Positions 28,414-39,792 of a DNA stretch of 64,000 nucleotides are shown piece after piece. How positions within the stretch are numbered: position 1 is the stretch's first letter; the number at the start of each line of letters is the position of its first letter. The notes beneath the pieces are model-generated. The model saw nothing but the letters and a program-made list of their open reading frames with translations, had not been told where the DNA came from and ran no database searches. The stretch is from an uncultured Megasphaera sp. (GTDB lineage Bacteria > Bacillota > Negativicutes > Veillonellales > Megasphaeraceae). The stretch covers positions 68,931 to 132,930 of the forward strand of contig CAKPVJ010000003.1 of the NCBI GenBank assembly GCA_934193515.1, in the 5' to 3' direction. Made by a program: the position numbers and the translations under genes.

Positions 28414-28713
28414 AGTTGGGAGAGAAACGGCATTTCACGGCCCCTACTACTTGATGGTAAGTCCGTTGTAAAATGTTGGAGTGCATTTCAAATCATTTCC
28501 TAAGGATGGACGAAAGTGAAGGTTTCTTATATTTTTATTATGGAGCCTTTAAAATAAAAAAATTCCAGCGACATTCATAGATTTATTAGTCAAACGTATC
28601 AAAAAGAGCAGCAAGCAGAATTGATTGCAGGCATGAAAATCGTTATACTAAGGAAGAACGTATAGAAACATAATAAACATAATATACGTTTATACGTGAG
28701 GAGGATATATAAA

Positions 28714-29229
28714 ATGGCAGTATTGACAGTATTTTATTCTCGAGCAGATGAAAATTATTTTAATGGGGCACACAAGTATATTCGCGTAGGCAACACGGAA
28801 CGGGTTGCGCAGATGGTGGCAGAGATTACAGGTTCGGTATTGTTTAAGATAGAACAAGTCCAGCCGTATGCGGCATCGTATGATGCCTGTGTTGCCCAGG
28901 CCCGCCAGGATTTGCAGAATCAGGCACGGCCAGCATTGAAAGCACTGCCCCAGAATTGGGAACAGTATGATGAAATTTATCTTGGCTATCCGAACTACTG
29001 CGGCACGATGCCCATGGCCGTATATACGTTTTTGGAAGCACTCGACTTTTCCGGCAAAGTCATTCATCCGTTTTGCACGCATGAAGGCGGCGGCTTGTCG
29101 CATACCGAAAAGGATATTCAAAAGGCAGCGCCGGGAGCACGGGTAACGAACGGGTTGGCTGTGCATGGCAGTGCCGCAGCCGACGCCAAAGAAGCCGTCA
29201 GCGCGTGGATTGCATCTTGTAAGGCATAA
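28714..29229 (+). CDS. Flavodoxin-family protein
   Basis: About 170 aa with a flavodoxin-like fold. SD GAGGAGG sits 8 nt upstream of ATG 28714. Confidence 0.55.
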   Translation: MAVLTVFYSRADENYFNGAHKYIRVGNTERVAQMVAEITGSVLFKIEQVQPYAASYDACVAQARQDLQNQARPALKALPQNWEQYDEIYLGYPNYCGTMPMAVYTFLEALDFSGKVIHPFCTHEGGGLSHTEKDIQKAAPGARVTNGLAVHGSAAADAKEAVSAWIASCKA

Positions 29230-29252
29230 TTGGCATCGATATATACAAAAAT

Positions 29253-29290
29253 AAAGTCCTCGAATAGGTGTGTCTGTTCGAGGACTTTTT
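29253..29290. terminator. Bidirectional terminator shared by the convergent flavodoxin and C-N hydrolase genes
   Basis: 12-bp stem AAAGTCCTCGAA/TTCGAGGACTTT flanked by an A-run upstream and a T-run downstream. Confidence 0.6.
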
Positions 29291-29304
29291 CTATAGAAAC
29301 TAGA

Positions 29305-30096
29305 TTACAAATACCATTCCGGACGGCGGGTGGACAGATACGGTACTTGTTTTCGCAGCGCGGCGGCATCTGGCAGATGTATATCACAGCATACGAGTTG
29401 TTCTTGATCGTCTGCTTTGACGAGGACGTCGCCTTTGGGGGAGACGACGAGGGATTCGCCGGCAAATTCCATTGCCCCTTCCGTTCCTACACGATTGCAC
29501 ATGGCAATGAAGACTTGGTTTTGCATGGCCTGCACGCGGATTTCCCATTCAAATAGTTCCATCGGTTCGGCTTTGGTATTGGCTGTAGGAATCAGAATTA
29601 AATCGGCTCCCTTCAGCGTGCATGTGCGGATGCTTTCCGGCAGATGACGGTCGTAGCAAATGACGATGCCTACTTTGCCCCAAGGCGTATCAAACACTTT
29701 AAAACCATCATCGGATGGCGTGTAGTAGTCTTGTTCATAAAACTGTTTGGCCTGGGCGATATGGACCATTTTGGCAGAGTCCAGCCATTTCCCTTCCGGC
29801 GTCAGCCAAAGCGACGTGTCGTACCGCTTGCCCTGCAGTTCCAAATACAGGTTGGGAGACAGGTAGTAGTGATGCTGTGCCGCTTTTTGGCACAAAGAGG
29901 CAATCACAGGAGCGTCCGGCGTCAGACAGTAGGCGTCGGCGTTTTGCTTTTCATATTGAGGAAAGAACGGCGATAATTGAATTTCCGGAAAAAACAACAG
30001 GTCGCAGTCCCTGGCTTCATCACAAAAACGAAGTGACTTGGCGGCGTTTTTCTCCAGGGCTTTTTCCATAGACAGTTGAGCTAAGGCAAGTTTCAT
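29305..30096 (-). CDS. Carbon-nitrogen hydrolase (nitrilase superfamily) protein
   Basis: Internal ATG at 30096 (MKLALAQL..) and CN-hydrolase family similarity. The SD is a G8 homopolymer 5 nt upstream of the ATG. Confidence 0.75.
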   Translation of the reverse strand: MKLALAQLSMEKALEKNAAKSLRFCDEARDCDLLFFPEIQLSPFFPQYEKQNADAYCLTPDAPVIASLCQKAAQHHYYLSPNLYLELQGKRYDTSLWLTPEGKWLDSAKMVHIAQAKQFYEQDYYTPSDDGFKVFDTPWGKVGIVICYDRHLPESIRTCTLKGADLILIPTANTKAEPMELFEWEIRVQAMQNQVFIAMCNRVGTEGAMEFAGESLVVSPKGDVLVKADDQEQLVCCDIHLPDAAALRKQVPYLSTRRPEWYL

Positions 30097-30486
30097 AAAA
30101 TCCCCCCCCTTGGCAGTACCGTGTATTCGTTTAAAAATATACGAAAATTTTTTGAAAAAATGAATACTTTCATTATATTCCATGACAGAGAGATACGCAA
30201 TAAATGTAAGTTAAAAGAAGTCACAAAGAAAAATATTCTTGAATTTTAATCGAATATATTTCCTGTATATGGAAATGCGGGAAAATACGGATGGATGCCG
30301 ACATGACAGTCCAGCAGTTTGCACGGCGTCGTTTGCTTTGCTGTAAAATATACTATAATATATAGATGTATATAAGAAATACCTTGAAAGGCTTGTCGGA
30401 ATAGTGTATGATTTTAAAAGGTTTTATTACAATGTGATACGCAGCGCAGGCAGAAACTGCTTGCTGGAAAGTTAGGATGGAGATAT

Positions 30487-32760
30487 ATGCTGGAATTTCC
30501 AATTAAACGAACGATTATTATTGATGATACGAAAAAGAAAAAACGAGGCCGTAAGAAAAAAGCAGACGGCGAAAAAATGATCATCAATGGAACGGTAAAT
30601 CTACCGGAAAAGAAACCGTTGAAGAAATTAGATCCGCTGCCAAAGAATGCCAAAAATCTGGTCATTGTGGAATCACCGGCCAAAGCGAAGACGATTGAAC
30701 GCTTTTTGGGAAGCGAGTATAAAGTCATGGCCAGCCGCGGCCATTTGCGGGATTTACCGCGCAACCAGTTTGGCGTGAATATAGAAGATGGCTTTACGCC
30801 GTCGTATACGAACATGTGGGACAAACGCAAACTCATTGAAGAGCTGCAAAATGAATATGTCCGCTCTAAAAAAGTATATCTGGCAACGGACCCGGACCGC
30901 GAAGGGGAAGCGATTTCCTGGCATTTGGCGCATTTGCTGGAAATGGATCCCAAAGATACGTGCCGTGTCATGTTTCATGAAATTACAGAAAAAGCCGTAC
31001 ATGCCGGTATGCAGGACCCGGAACCGATTGATTTGCAGAAAGTGGATGCCCAGCAGGCACGCCGTGTTCTCGACCGTATTGTTGGGTACAAACTGAGCCC
31101 GCTCCTTTGGAAAAAAGTCTGCAAGGGTCTCAGTGCCGGCCGTGTGCAGTCTGTAGCCGTGCGGCTGATTTGTGAACGGGAAGAAGAAATCAAGGCGTTT
31201 GTGCCGGAAGAATATTGGACGGTCAGCGGAACGTATAAAACCGAAGACGGCCAAGTGCTGACGACAGAACTGGTCAAAATCCATGGAGAAAAAGCTGCCA
31301 TTGGCGACGGCGACACAGCTGCCCGGATTGCTGCGGACCTGCAGTGGGAAGCCAACGGCCAGGACGGCCATGCGCCGGACCGGATTACCAAGGTCGAAAA
31401 ACGCAAGCGTAAACGGCAGCCGCAGCCGCCTTTTACGACTTCGACGATGCAGCAGGAATGCGTCAGCAAATTGAATTTTGGCGCCAAAAAGACGATGATG
31501 CTGGCACAGCAGCTCTATGAAGGCCTGGATATCGGGGATCGTGGCCATGTCGGCTTGATTACCTATATGCGTACGGACTCGACGCGTATCAATGATGATA
31601 TGATACAGGCTGCCAGAGAATTTGTGACAGCCAACTATGGAGAAGAATATATTCCGCCGAAGCCCAGAGTGTATAAGACGAAACAATCCAGCCAGGATGC
31701 GCATGAAGCCATTCGTCCGACTTCGCTGGAATTGATGCCGTCTGTCGTAGCGCCGTACTTGTCGCGCGACCAGCTGCGGCTGTATACGCTGGTATGGAAT
31801 CGTTTCCTGGCCAGCCAGATGGAAGCTGTCGAAACGGAACACATGGCGATTACGATTGCCTGTGACCCGTATGAACTGCGTGCAGCCGGATATAAAGTAC
31901 TTTTCAAGGGCTTTACGGAGTTGTACGAAGATACGAAAAAGGACAAAACGCTCAGCGAACTGCCTCATATAGAAGAAGGGACGCTGGTGCATAATCAGAC
32001 CGTAGAACCGATTCAGCATTTTACACAACCGCCGGCCCGTTATACCGAAGCCAGCCTCATTAAGACGCTGGAAGAAAAGGGCATTGGCCGCCCGAGTACG
32101 TATGCGCCGATTATGGATACGATTCAAAACCGCAATTACGTAGAAAAGAAAGATAAACAATTTGTGCCGACGGAATTGGGCGTTGTCATTGTGGATTTGC
32201 TGAAGAAATTCTTTGAACGCATTATCAATGTCGGCTTTACGGCACACATGGAAGAAGAACTGGATGCGATTGAACAGGGCAAAGATACGTATACTCATGT
32301 CCTCCAGGAATTTTATGATGTCTTCAAGCCGGAAATGGACGTAGCAGAAGCACAAATGGAAAAAGTCACCGTAGCCGGCCAGGATTCCGGCCAGGTATGC
32401 GAACTTTGCGGGGCTCCCATGGTGTATAAGTTTGGCCGTTTTGGCAAATTTTTGGCATGCTCCAACTTCCCGGAATGCCGCAACACCAAAGCGATTGTAG
32501 AAGATTTGGGAATTACCTGCCCCAAATGCGGCAAAGGAACGCTGATTAAAAGAAAATCCAAACGGGGCCGTGTATTTTACGGCTGCAGTGAATATCCGGC
32601 ATGCGATTTTGTCTTGTGGAATCAGCCGGTAGATAAAAAATGCCCGGTATGCGGCAGCATTATGATTGTTAAACATTATAAAAAAGGACCGGATAAAATC
32701 TTCTGCAGCAACGCAGAATGTGAAAACCATAAAAAGGGAGAAGTAGTGAATGAAGAATAG
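30487..32760 (+). CDS. topA: DNA topoisomerase I with three C-terminal C4 zinc ribbons and an unusual ~47-aa Lys-rich N-terminal extension
   Basis: Toprim ([13 protein letters not shown]), the catalytic Tyr region, and three C-x2-C..C-x2-C ribbons. SD GGATGGAG lies before ATG 30487; an alternative ATG is at 30577. Confidence 0.9.
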   Translation: MLEFPIKRTIIIDDTKKKKRGRKKKADGEKMIINGTVNLPEKKPLKKLDPLPKNAKNLVIVESPAKAKTIERFLGSEYKVMASRGHLRDLPRNQFGVNIEDGFTPSYTNMWDKRKLIEELQNEYVRSKKVYLATDPDREGEAISWHLAHLLEMDPKDTCRVMFHEITEKAVHAGMQDPEPIDLQKVDAQQARRVLDRIVGYKLSPLLWKKVCKGLSAGRVQSVAVRLICEREEEIKAFVPEEYWTVSGTYKTEDGQVLTTELVKIHGEKAAIGDGDTAARIAADLQWEANGQDGHAPDRITKVEKRKRKRQPQPPFTTSTMQQECVSKLNFGAKKTMMLAQQLYEGLDIGDRGHVGLITYMRTDSTRINDDMIQAAREFVTANYGEEYIPPKPRVYKTKQSSQDAHEAIRPTSLELMPSVVAPYLSRDQLRLYTLVWNRFLASQMEAVETEHMAITIACDPYELRAAGYKVLFKGFTELYEDTKKDKTLSELPHIEEGTLVHNQTVEPIQHFTQPPARYTEASLIKTLEEKGIGRPSTYAPIMDTIQNRNYVEKKDKQFVPTELGVVIVDLLKKFFERIINVGFTAHMEEELDAIEQGKDTYTHVLQEFYDVFKPEMDVAEAQMEKVTVAGQDSGQVCELCGAPMVYKFGRFGKFLACSNFPECRNTKAIVEDLGITCPKCGKGTLIKRKSKRGRVFYGCSEYPACDFVLWNQPVDKKCPVCGSIMIVKHYKKGPDKIFCSNAECENHKKGEVVNEE

Positions 32761-34063
32761 TGTACTTGTCATCGGTGCCGGGCTGGCTGGCTCGGAAGCA
32801 GCTTATCAGCTTGTCAAGCGGGGAATTCCCGTAGAGCTTGCAGAAATGCGCCCTGTGAAGTCGTCACCGGCGCACCATACGGATTTGTTTGCCGAATTGG
32901 TATGCAGCAACTCGCTGCGGGCGGCGAATGTAGAAAACGCAGTAGGCCTTTTGAAAGAAGAAATGCGCCGTTTGGGCTCGCTGATTATGGAAGCGGCTGA
33001 TACGCATCGGGTACCGGCCGGCGGCGCGCTGGCCGTAGACCGCGTCCCGTTCAGCCAGTACATTACGGACGCCCTGCGCCAGCATCCGTTGGTCACTATC
33101 CGGCATGAAGAAATCACGACGCTGCCGGATGACCAAATCTGCATTATTGCGACAGGCCCGCTGACCAGCGATGCCTTGGCAGAAACGATCCAAACGATGA
33201 CAGGCGCGGAGTATTTTCATTTTCATGATGCGGCGGCCCCGATTGTCACTATCGAATCACTGGATATGACGAAAGTATATCGGGCTGCCCGCTATGGAAA
33301 AGGCGGTGCCGATTATCTCAACTGCCCCTTTACAAAAGACGAATACGAAGCCTTTTGGCAGGTGCTGACGACGGCAGAATGCGCGCAGCTGCATGAGTTT
33401 GAAAAAAACGACAACGTATTTGAAGGCTGCATGCCGATTGAAATCATGGCGTCCCGCGGTATCGATACGATGCGCTTTGGCCCGATGAAGCCTGTAGGCT
33501 TAGAACTTCCCGGTACGGGAGAACTCCCGTATGCCGTCGTACAGCTTCGCCAGGACAACGGCAGCGCGACGCTCTATAATATCGTCGGGTTTCAGACGCA
33601 TTTGAAATTCGGCGAACAAAAACGGGTCTTTTCGATGATTCCGGGGCTGGAACATGCCGAATTTGTACGGTATGGCGTGATGCACCGCAATTCATACATC
33701 AATTCCCCGATTTTACTGGAACCGACACTGCAGTACCGGCGCAACCGTAACGTATTTTTTGCCGGCCAGCTGACTGGTGTCGAAGGGTATTTGGAATCGG
33801 CGGCCATGGGGTTGCTGGCAGGCCTCAATGCGGCGCGCATGCTGCAGGGACAGGAATGCCTGACCTTTTCCAAGCGGACTGCCATGGGCGGCCTGAGCCA
33901 GTATATTTCCAGCGGCCCCAACGATAATTTCCAGCCCATGAATATCAACTTTGGCATTATGGAACCCTTGGGAATCAAAAAACGCATGAAAAAGAAAGAA
34001 AAAAATGCCTTATTGGCAAAACGTGCGTTGGAAGAAATTGACGAAATGAAGGAGAAGATATAG
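32750..34063 (+). CDS. trmFO: Methylenetetrahydrofolate--tRNA-(uracil54-C5)-methyltransferase TrmFO
   Basis: FAD-binding [12 protein letters not shown] plus Gid/TrmFO family similarity. Confidence 0.9.
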   Translation: MKNSVLVIGAGLAGSEAAYQLVKRGIPVELAEMRPVKSSPAHHTDLFAELVCSNSLRAANVENAVGLLKEEMRRLGSLIMEAADTHRVPAGGALAVDRVPFSQYITDALRQHPLVTIRHEEITTLPDDQICIIATGPLTSDALAETIQTMTGAEYFHFHDAAAPIVTIESLDMTKVYRAARYGKGGADYLNCPFTKDEYEAFWQVLTTAECAQLHEFEKNDNVFEGCMPIEIMASRGIDTMRFGPMKPVGLELPGTGELPYAVVQLRQDNGSATLYNIVGFQTHLKFGEQKRVFSMIPGLEHAEFVRYGVMHRNSYINSPILLEPTLQYRRNRNVFFAGQLTGVEGYLESAAMGLLAGLNAARMLQGQECLTFSKRTAMGGLSQYISSGPNDNFQPMNINFGIMEPLGIKKRMKKKEKNALLAKRALEEIDEMKEKI

Positions 34064-34064
34064 T

Positions 34065-34616
34065 ATGTCTGAATTAATGTCTACAGAATTTCATGCAACG
34101 ACCATTGTTGCAGTACAAAAAGACGGCAAAACCGCCATTGCCGGTGACGGACAGGTCACGATGGGAAACGCGGTCATTATGAAAGCAACCGCGCAAAAAG
34201 TCCGCCGCCTGTATCACGGCAAAATCATCAGCGGTTTTGCCGGCTCTGTAGCAGACGCGTTTACCTTGTTTGACCATTTTGAAGAAAAACTCAACGAATA
34301 TAACGGCAATCTCGTCCGCAGTGCTGTTGAATTGGCGAAAGATTGGCGTTCCGATAAAATCCTGCACAAACTCGAAGCTTTGCTGCTGGTAGCTGACAGT
34401 CAGCGTATTTTGCTGATTTCCGGCAACGGCGAAGTCATTGAACCGGACGACGGCATTTCTGCCATTGGTTCCGGCGGCAACTATGCGCTGGCTTCCGGCC
34501 GGGCTCTGCTGCAGAATACGGATTTGTCCGCCCGTGAAATTGCTGAAAAATCGCTGCATATCGCGGCCGATATTTGTGTATATACTAACCACAATGTCAT
34601 CGTAGAAGAAATCTAA
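34065..34616 (+). CDS. hslV: ATP-dependent protease subunit HslV (CodW-type)
   Basis: Close match to B. subtilis CodW, including ..[15 protein letters not shown].. and [13 protein letters not shown]. Confidence 0.9.
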   Translation: MSELMSTEFHATTIVAVQKDGKTAIAGDGQVTMGNAVIMKATAQKVRRLYHGKIISGFAGSVADAFTLFDHFEEKLNEYNGNLVRSAVELAKDWRSDKILHKLEALLLVADSQRILLISGNGEVIEPDDGISAIGSGGNYALASGRALLQNTDLSAREIAEKSLHIAADICVYTNHNVIVEEI

Positions 34617-34636
34617 GAGGAAACTGAGGAGAAGAA

Positions 34637-36046
34637 ATGAACGAAGCAGAATTAACACCGAAACAGATTGTAGCTGAATTGAATAAATATATTGTAGGAC
34701 AAACAGAAGCGAAAAAATCCGTGGCTATTGCCCTGCGCAACCGTTGGAGACGCAAGCATTTGAGTGAAGATATGCAGGATGAAATCATTCCTAAAAATAT
34801 TTTGCTCATCGGCCCTACGGGCGTAGGCAAAACCGAAATTGCCCGCCGCCTGGCTAAGCTGGTCGGTGCGCCTTTTATCAAAGTAGAAGCGACAAAATAC
34901 ACGGAAGTCGGCTATGTCGGCCGTGACGTAGAACAGATTATCCGCGACTTGGTAGCCAATGCCATCCGCATGGTGCAGGAACAGGAAAGCCAGCGGTTTG
35001 AAACCAAAGCGGAAGAAGAAGCCAACAAACGAATTTTGCAAGTATTCTGGCCGAAAAAGACTATAAAAGAAAAAGTAGTCAATCCGATGGAAGCTTTTTT
35101 CTCCAGCGATGATGATGACGATGAAGAAAAACAGCAGGAACAGCCGACACAGCTCGAAGAAGGCAAATCCGACCGCCGGCAGAAGATGTTTGAAGATATT
35201 TGCGCCCACAAAATGGATGAACGGGAAATCGAAGTAGAAGTCAAAGAACAGGAACGAGCTATTCAAGGTATCCTGACAGGCAACTCTACCGAAGAATTGA
35301 CCAATAACTTCCAGGAAATGCTGGGCAGCATTATGCCGAAAAAGAAAAAGAAAAAGAAGATGACTGTCGCTAAAGCACGGGAAATTTTTAAAGAAGAAGA
35401 ATTGGAAAAATGTCTGGATATGGATGTCATCGTCGATAAAGCCATTGAAGCGACCGAACAGGCCGGCATTGTATTTATTGATGAATTTGACAAGATTGCC
35501 GAAAAAGGCCGCGGCGGCGGCCCGGATGTATCCCGTGAAGGCGTACAGCGGGATATTCTGCCGATTGTCGAAGGTGCGACGGTCAATACCAAATACGGCC
35601 CGGTCAAAACAGATCACATTCTCTTTATCGCAGCTGGCGCGTTCCATGTATCCAAGCCCAGCGACCTGATTCCGGAACTGCAGGGCCGCTTCCCTATCCG
35701 CGTCGAACTGCAATCGCTGACCGTAGAAGATTTCCGCAAGATTTTGACGGAACCGAATCAGTCTTTGGTCAAACAATATACCTCTTTGCTGGCAACGGAC
35801 GGCGTAACGCTCCATTTTACAGATGACGGCATCGACGCGATTGCTGAATACGCCCACCGCGTCAATTTGGAAACAGAAAATATTGGTGCCCGCCGTCTGC
35901 ATACGATTCTGGAAAAGATATTGGAAGATGTAGCCTATGAAGCACCGGATATCGCAGATACGCAGATTGATGTCAACAAAGACTTTGTCTTCAGCAAGTT
36001 GGATGATGTTGTTCAGAATGTGGATTTGAGCCACTACATTTTATAA
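34637..36046 (+). CDS. hslU: ATP-dependent protease ATPase subunit HslU
   Basis: Walker A GPTGVGKTEIARRLA, an acidic I-domain, and a C-terminal sensor domain. Confidence 0.9.
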   Translation: MNEAELTPKQIVAELNKYIVGQTEAKKSVAIALRNRWRRKHLSEDMQDEIIPKNILLIGPTGVGKTEIARRLAKLVGAPFIKVEATKYTEVGYVGRDVEQIIRDLVANAIRMVQEQESQRFETKAEEEANKRILQVFWPKKTIKEKVVNPMEAFFSSDDDDDEEKQQEQPTQLEEGKSDRRQKMFEDICAHKMDEREIEVEVKEQERAIQGILTGNSTEELTNNFQEMLGSIMPKKKKKKKMTVAKAREIFKEEELEKCLDMDVIVDKAIEATEQAGIVFIDEFDKIAEKGRGGGPDVSREGVQRDILPIVEGATVNTKYGPVKTDHILFIAAGAFHVSKPSDLIPELQGRFPIRVELQSLTVEDFRKILTEPNQSLVKQYTSLLATDGVTLHFTDDGIDAIAEYAHRVNLETENIGARRLHTILEKILEDVAYEAPDIADTQIDVNKDFVFSKLDDVVQNVDLSHYIL

Positions 36047-36055
36047 GGGAGATAT

Positions 36056-37279
36056 ATGAGACCGTATACGAAATTATATGTAACCCGCAAGGGGGAACTG
36101 GCTGCTAAAAGCGGCCATCCCTGGGTGTTTGGGGAAGAAGTAACCCGCGTCGAAGGAGAATACAAGACAGGCGATATTGTCGATGTCTACAGCGCCAAAG
36201 ACCGGTACCTGGGTACAGGATTTGCCAATGATATTTCTAAAATCCGCGTGCGGATTTTGTCGGATAATGCTAATGACCGCTTTGATGACGCCTTTTGGCA
36301 GCGTCGTGTCAAATACGCTTTGGACTACCGCCGTACTGTCATGGGTCCCAAAGATTTTGCCTGCTGCCGTCTTATTTTTGGCGATGCGGACCAAATGCCG
36401 GGATTGACTGTAGACCGCTATAATGATGTCCTCGTGGCGCAGACGCTGTGCTACGGCATGGACCAGGTCAAACCAATTATTTTTAAGGCCTTGGTCGATG
36501 AGCTGGCTGCCATGGGAGTCACTGTCCGCGGTATTTATGAACGCAATGATGTCAAAGTCCGGGAACTGGACGGCATGGAACAGTACAAAGGCTGGTATCA
36601 AGCCGATTTTCTGCCGACACCGGGAAGCGTCTTGACGACGATTGATGAAAACGGCATCTACTATGACGTCGATGTAGAAAACGGTCAAAAGACGGGATTC
36701 TTTTTGGATCAAAAATATAATCGCCGGGCTGTTGGCAAGATTGCAGCAGGCCGGCACGTACTGGACTGCTTCACGCATACCGGCGCGTTTGCTCTGAATG
36801 CGGCCAAAGGCGGGGCTGCTTCGGTAGTTGCCGTCGATATTTCGCAGGAAGCTGTCGATATGACCAACGAAAATATTCAGAGAAATGGCTTGAGCCATAT
36901 TGTGACGGCCAAGCAGGCCAACGTATTTGATTTATTGACAGAGCTGGCAGAAACGAAGCGCCATGACTACGATTTTATTATTTTGGACCCGCCGGCATTT
37001 ACCAAATCAGGCCATACGGTACATAATGCGATGCGCGGCTACAAAGAAATCAATTTGAAAGCTATGAAGCTGCTGCCGCGCGGCGGTTATTTGGCAACGT
37101 GTTCGTGTTCGCATTTTATGCGCGACGACTTGTTCCGCCGCATGCTGCGGGAAGCGGCCAAAGATGCAGGCGTGCATTTGCGGCAGATTGAAGGACGCCA
37201 GCAGTCGCCGGACCATCCGATTTTATGGAATGTGCCGGAAACCGATTATTTGAAATTTTATCTGTTTCAAGTCGTTTAA
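36056..37279 (+). CDS. Class I SAM-dependent rRNA (cytosine-C5) methyltransferase, RlmI/YwbD-like (PUA + MTase)
   Basis: N-terminal PUA-like domain, then a Rossmann MTase (DCFTHTGAFAL) with a C-terminal catalytic Cys region. Confidence 0.7.
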   Translation: MRPYTKLYVTRKGELAAKSGHPWVFGEEVTRVEGEYKTGDIVDVYSAKDRYLGTGFANDISKIRVRILSDNANDRFDDAFWQRRVKYALDYRRTVMGPKDFACCRLIFGDADQMPGLTVDRYNDVLVAQTLCYGMDQVKPIIFKALVDELAAMGVTVRGIYERNDVKVRELDGMEQYKGWYQADFLPTPGSVLTTIDENGIYYDVDVENGQKTGFFLDQKYNRRAVGKIAAGRHVLDCFTHTGAFALNAAKGGAASVVAVDISQEAVDMTNENIQRNGLSHIVTAKQANVFDLLTELAETKRHDYDFIILDPPAFTKSGHTVHNAMRGYKEINLKAMKLLPRGGYLATCSCSHFMRDDLFRRMLREAAKDAGVHLRQIEGRQQSPDHPILWNVPETDYLKFYLFQVV

Positions 37280-37362
37280 GCATAGGGATTGCAGAAAAAA
37301 TATGCTATAATAGCACTAATTAACAAGATGATTCTACAAGCCAAAAAGGGGGAGACGGTATC

Positions 37363-38862
37363 ATGAAGTTTAGAAGTACCCGTTCAAATGAATGTGTTTC
37401 ACCATCCTATGCCCTGCTGCATGGGTTAGCCAAAGACGGCGGTTTATATGTGCCGGAAACATTTCCGGAAAACGTATTGCAGTATAAAGAGTTAGCCGGC
37501 AAGTCCTATCAGGAAATTGCAGCTGTCGTATTGTCATATTTCTTCACGAATTTTACAGATGAAGAACGAAAAAAAATGATTGCCGCAGCCTATAACAGCG
37601 AAACCTTTCGGGATGAACGAATTGTTCCCCTGCATTCCTTGGATGCCGACGTCAGCATTTCTGAATTATTTCACGGCCGCACCTTAGCGTTTAAAGACTT
37701 GGCGTTGTCGCTGTTTCCCTATCTGTTGACAGCTGCCAAAAAGCAGGAACAGGAAGACCGGGATATTCTCATTCTGACAGCGACGAGCGGCGATACGGGG
37801 AAAGCTGCCCTGGAAGGCTTTAAGGATGTAGACGGCACCAACATCATGGTATTTTATCCCAGTGAAGGGGTCAGCCCGATGCAGAAACAGCAGATGCAGA
37901 AGCAGGAAGGCGACAATGTCAAGGTATCGGCCATTTACGGCAATTTTGATGATGCGCAGAGTTTCCTCAAACGCGTATTTACCAATGAAGAAGTCAACGC
38001 CTATGCCAATGACAAGGGCGTACTGTTTTCTAGTGCCAACTCCATTAACATCGGCCGCCTTTTTCCGCAGATTGCGTACTATGTATCGACGTATGTATCA
38101 CTGGTCGATAACGGCGCGATTGCTGAAGACGAACCGTTTGACGTTGTCGTACCGACAGGCAATTTCGGCAATATCCTGGCCGGCTATTTTGCTAAGAAAA
38201 TGGGCGTACCGATTGGCAAGCTGATTTGTGCATCCAATAAAAACAACGTCCTGGCTGATTTCTTTGCGACAGGCGTATATAATATGAACCGTGAATTTTA
38301 TACGACAGACAGTCCGTCCATGGATATTCTGCTGTCCAGCAACTTTGAACGGTTCCTGTTCTATGCAGCCGGTGAAGATGCCGAAAAAGTAGCAACATGG
38401 GAAACGGATTTGCTGGAAACGGGCCGCATGTCCGTATCGCCGCAGGAATTGGCTGCGCTGACAGAAGAATTTGAAGGCGGCTGGATTGACGATGATGAAA
38501 CAGAAGCTGTCATTAATCATGTCTACAATGATTTCGGCTATTTGCTGGACCCGCATACGGCAGTTGCCTACGGCGTGTTCATGAACCGGCATAAACAGGG
38601 ACTGGATGCAGGCCGTCATACGGTCATTATGGCAACGGCGCATCCGTATAAATTCCCGCCGGTCATTTGCAAAGCCCTGGCGCTGCAGACGTACGAAGAT
38701 CCCTTTGATATGCTCATGGAAATCGGCAGTGTTACCGGCATGGCGCTTCCCAAACCGCTGGCAGCATTGAAAAACAAACCGGTACGGTTTAGCGATACCA
38801 TTGAAAAAGAACAGATGAAACAGGCCGTCTTATCGTTTGTAGATGCTATTAGTATGAAATAG
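37363..38862 (+). CDS. thrC: Threonine synthase
   Basis: MKFRSTRS.. with PLP-fold motifs of the long-form ThrC family. Confidence 0.85.
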   Translation: MKFRSTRSNECVSPSYALLHGLAKDGGLYVPETFPENVLQYKELAGKSYQEIAAVVLSYFFTNFTDEERKKMIAAAYNSETFRDERIVPLHSLDADVSISELFHGRTLAFKDLALSLFPYLLTAAKKQEQEDRDILILTATSGDTGKAALEGFKDVDGTNIMVFYPSEGVSPMQKQQMQKQEGDNVKVSAIYGNFDDAQSFLKRVFTNEEVNAYANDKGVLFSSANSINIGRLFPQIAYYVSTYVSLVDNGAIAEDEPFDVVVPTGNFGNILAGYFAKKMGVPIGKLICASNKNNVLADFFATGVYNMNREFYTTDSPSMDILLSSNFERFLFYAAGEDAEKVATWETDLLETGRMSVSPQELAALTEEFEGGWIDDDETEAVINHVYNDFGYLLDPHTAVAYGVFMNRHKQGLDAGRHTVIMATAHPYKFPPVICKALALQTYEDPFDMLMEIGSVTGMALPKPLAALKNKPVRFSDTIEKEQMKQAVLSFVDAISMK

Positions 38863-38895
38863 TATATAGTAGTATAATGAAAGCAGGCACATATC

Positions 38896-39792
38896 GTGAG
38901 TAAAGGTGTTATTTATATGATTTTTTCGGCATTGGCGTTCAGTATACAGAATGTCATTGTCAAAGAATTATCGTATACGATGGGAACCGGAGAAATTGGA
39001 TTTTTCCGTGGATTTCTCAGCGCGGTTTTGATATTGGGACTGATGAAGGCACAGCATATTCATTTTTCTCATTGTGACAAAGGTGCGCTGTGGTTTCGGG
39101 GAATCGCCGGCGGTATTGGCATGATTTGTATTTTTTATGCCCTGCGGGGAATGCCTTTGGCTGATGTGTCTATTTTATCGCAGCTGTCTGCATTTTTTGT
39201 CATGCTGTTTGCAGCTGTATTTCTCAAAGAAGTCTTGCCGAAAGGGGCAGGGCTTCCTTTGCTTGTCATTGTGGCCGGCGCATGCTTGGTCGTACGGCCT
39301 TGGAACTTTGCGTCTTTTAACGTCTATTCCCTGTTTGTGCTGGCACAGGCTGTCTGCGCGGCCGCGGCGTATACGACGATTAGCAAACTGACCGGCTCCG
39401 GCAAGCATCACCAGTATGAAATCGTGTTTTATTTCCTCTTTTGCGCAGCCGTTGCCAGTGCGGTGCTTATGGGATTTGATTTTAAAATCCCCAATTTACG
39501 GGAATGGGGATTCTATGTTTTATTGGGAATCGTTACGGTCATCGCGCAGATTTGGATGACGGAAGCGTATGCCAATGCCAATCCTGTCGTCGTCAGCTTT
39601 GTCGCGTATATCGGCGTATTTTTTAACGCCTTGTGGGGATTTGTCATTTTCAACGAATTCTTGACGCTCATGACGATCGTCGGCGGGATTTGTATTGTCG
39701 GCGGCTCGATGTATTTGACGAAGCTGAAACATGATGCAGCGGCTGTCAAACCGTCTGTAACGGTTCGCAGCATTAAAGGAGATACGAAATAA
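38896..39792 (+). CDS. DMT-superfamily (EamA-like) transporter
   Basis: Ten TM helices with an EamA duplication. GTG start, or alternatively ATG 38917. Confidence 0.6.
   Translation: MSKGVIYMIFSALAFSIQNVIVKELSYTMGTGEIGFFRGFLSAVLILGLMKAQHIHFSHCDKGALWFRGIAGGIGMICIFYALRGMPLADVSILSQLSAFFVMLFAAVFLKEVLPKGAGLPLLVIVAGACLVVRPWNFASFNVYSLFVLAQAVCAAAAYTTISKLTGSGKHHQYEIVFYFLFCAAVASAVLMGFDFKIPNLREWGFYVLLGIVTVIAQIWMTEAYANANPVVVSFVAYIGVFFNALWGFVIFNEFLTLMTIVGGICIVGGSMYLTKLKHDAAAVKPSVTVRSIKGDTK

Noticed and set aside
30754-32772. 672-aa ORF on the minus strand
   Set aside because: It lies entirely antisense to topA, has no SD and no recognisable domains. Long antisense ORFs are expected in GC-rich, codon-biased genes. 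The same reasoning applies to 34652..36034 (antisense hslU), 17524..18516 and 19807..20694 (antisense smc), 8377..9006 (antisense cbiF) and 36074..36898 (antisense rlmI-like).
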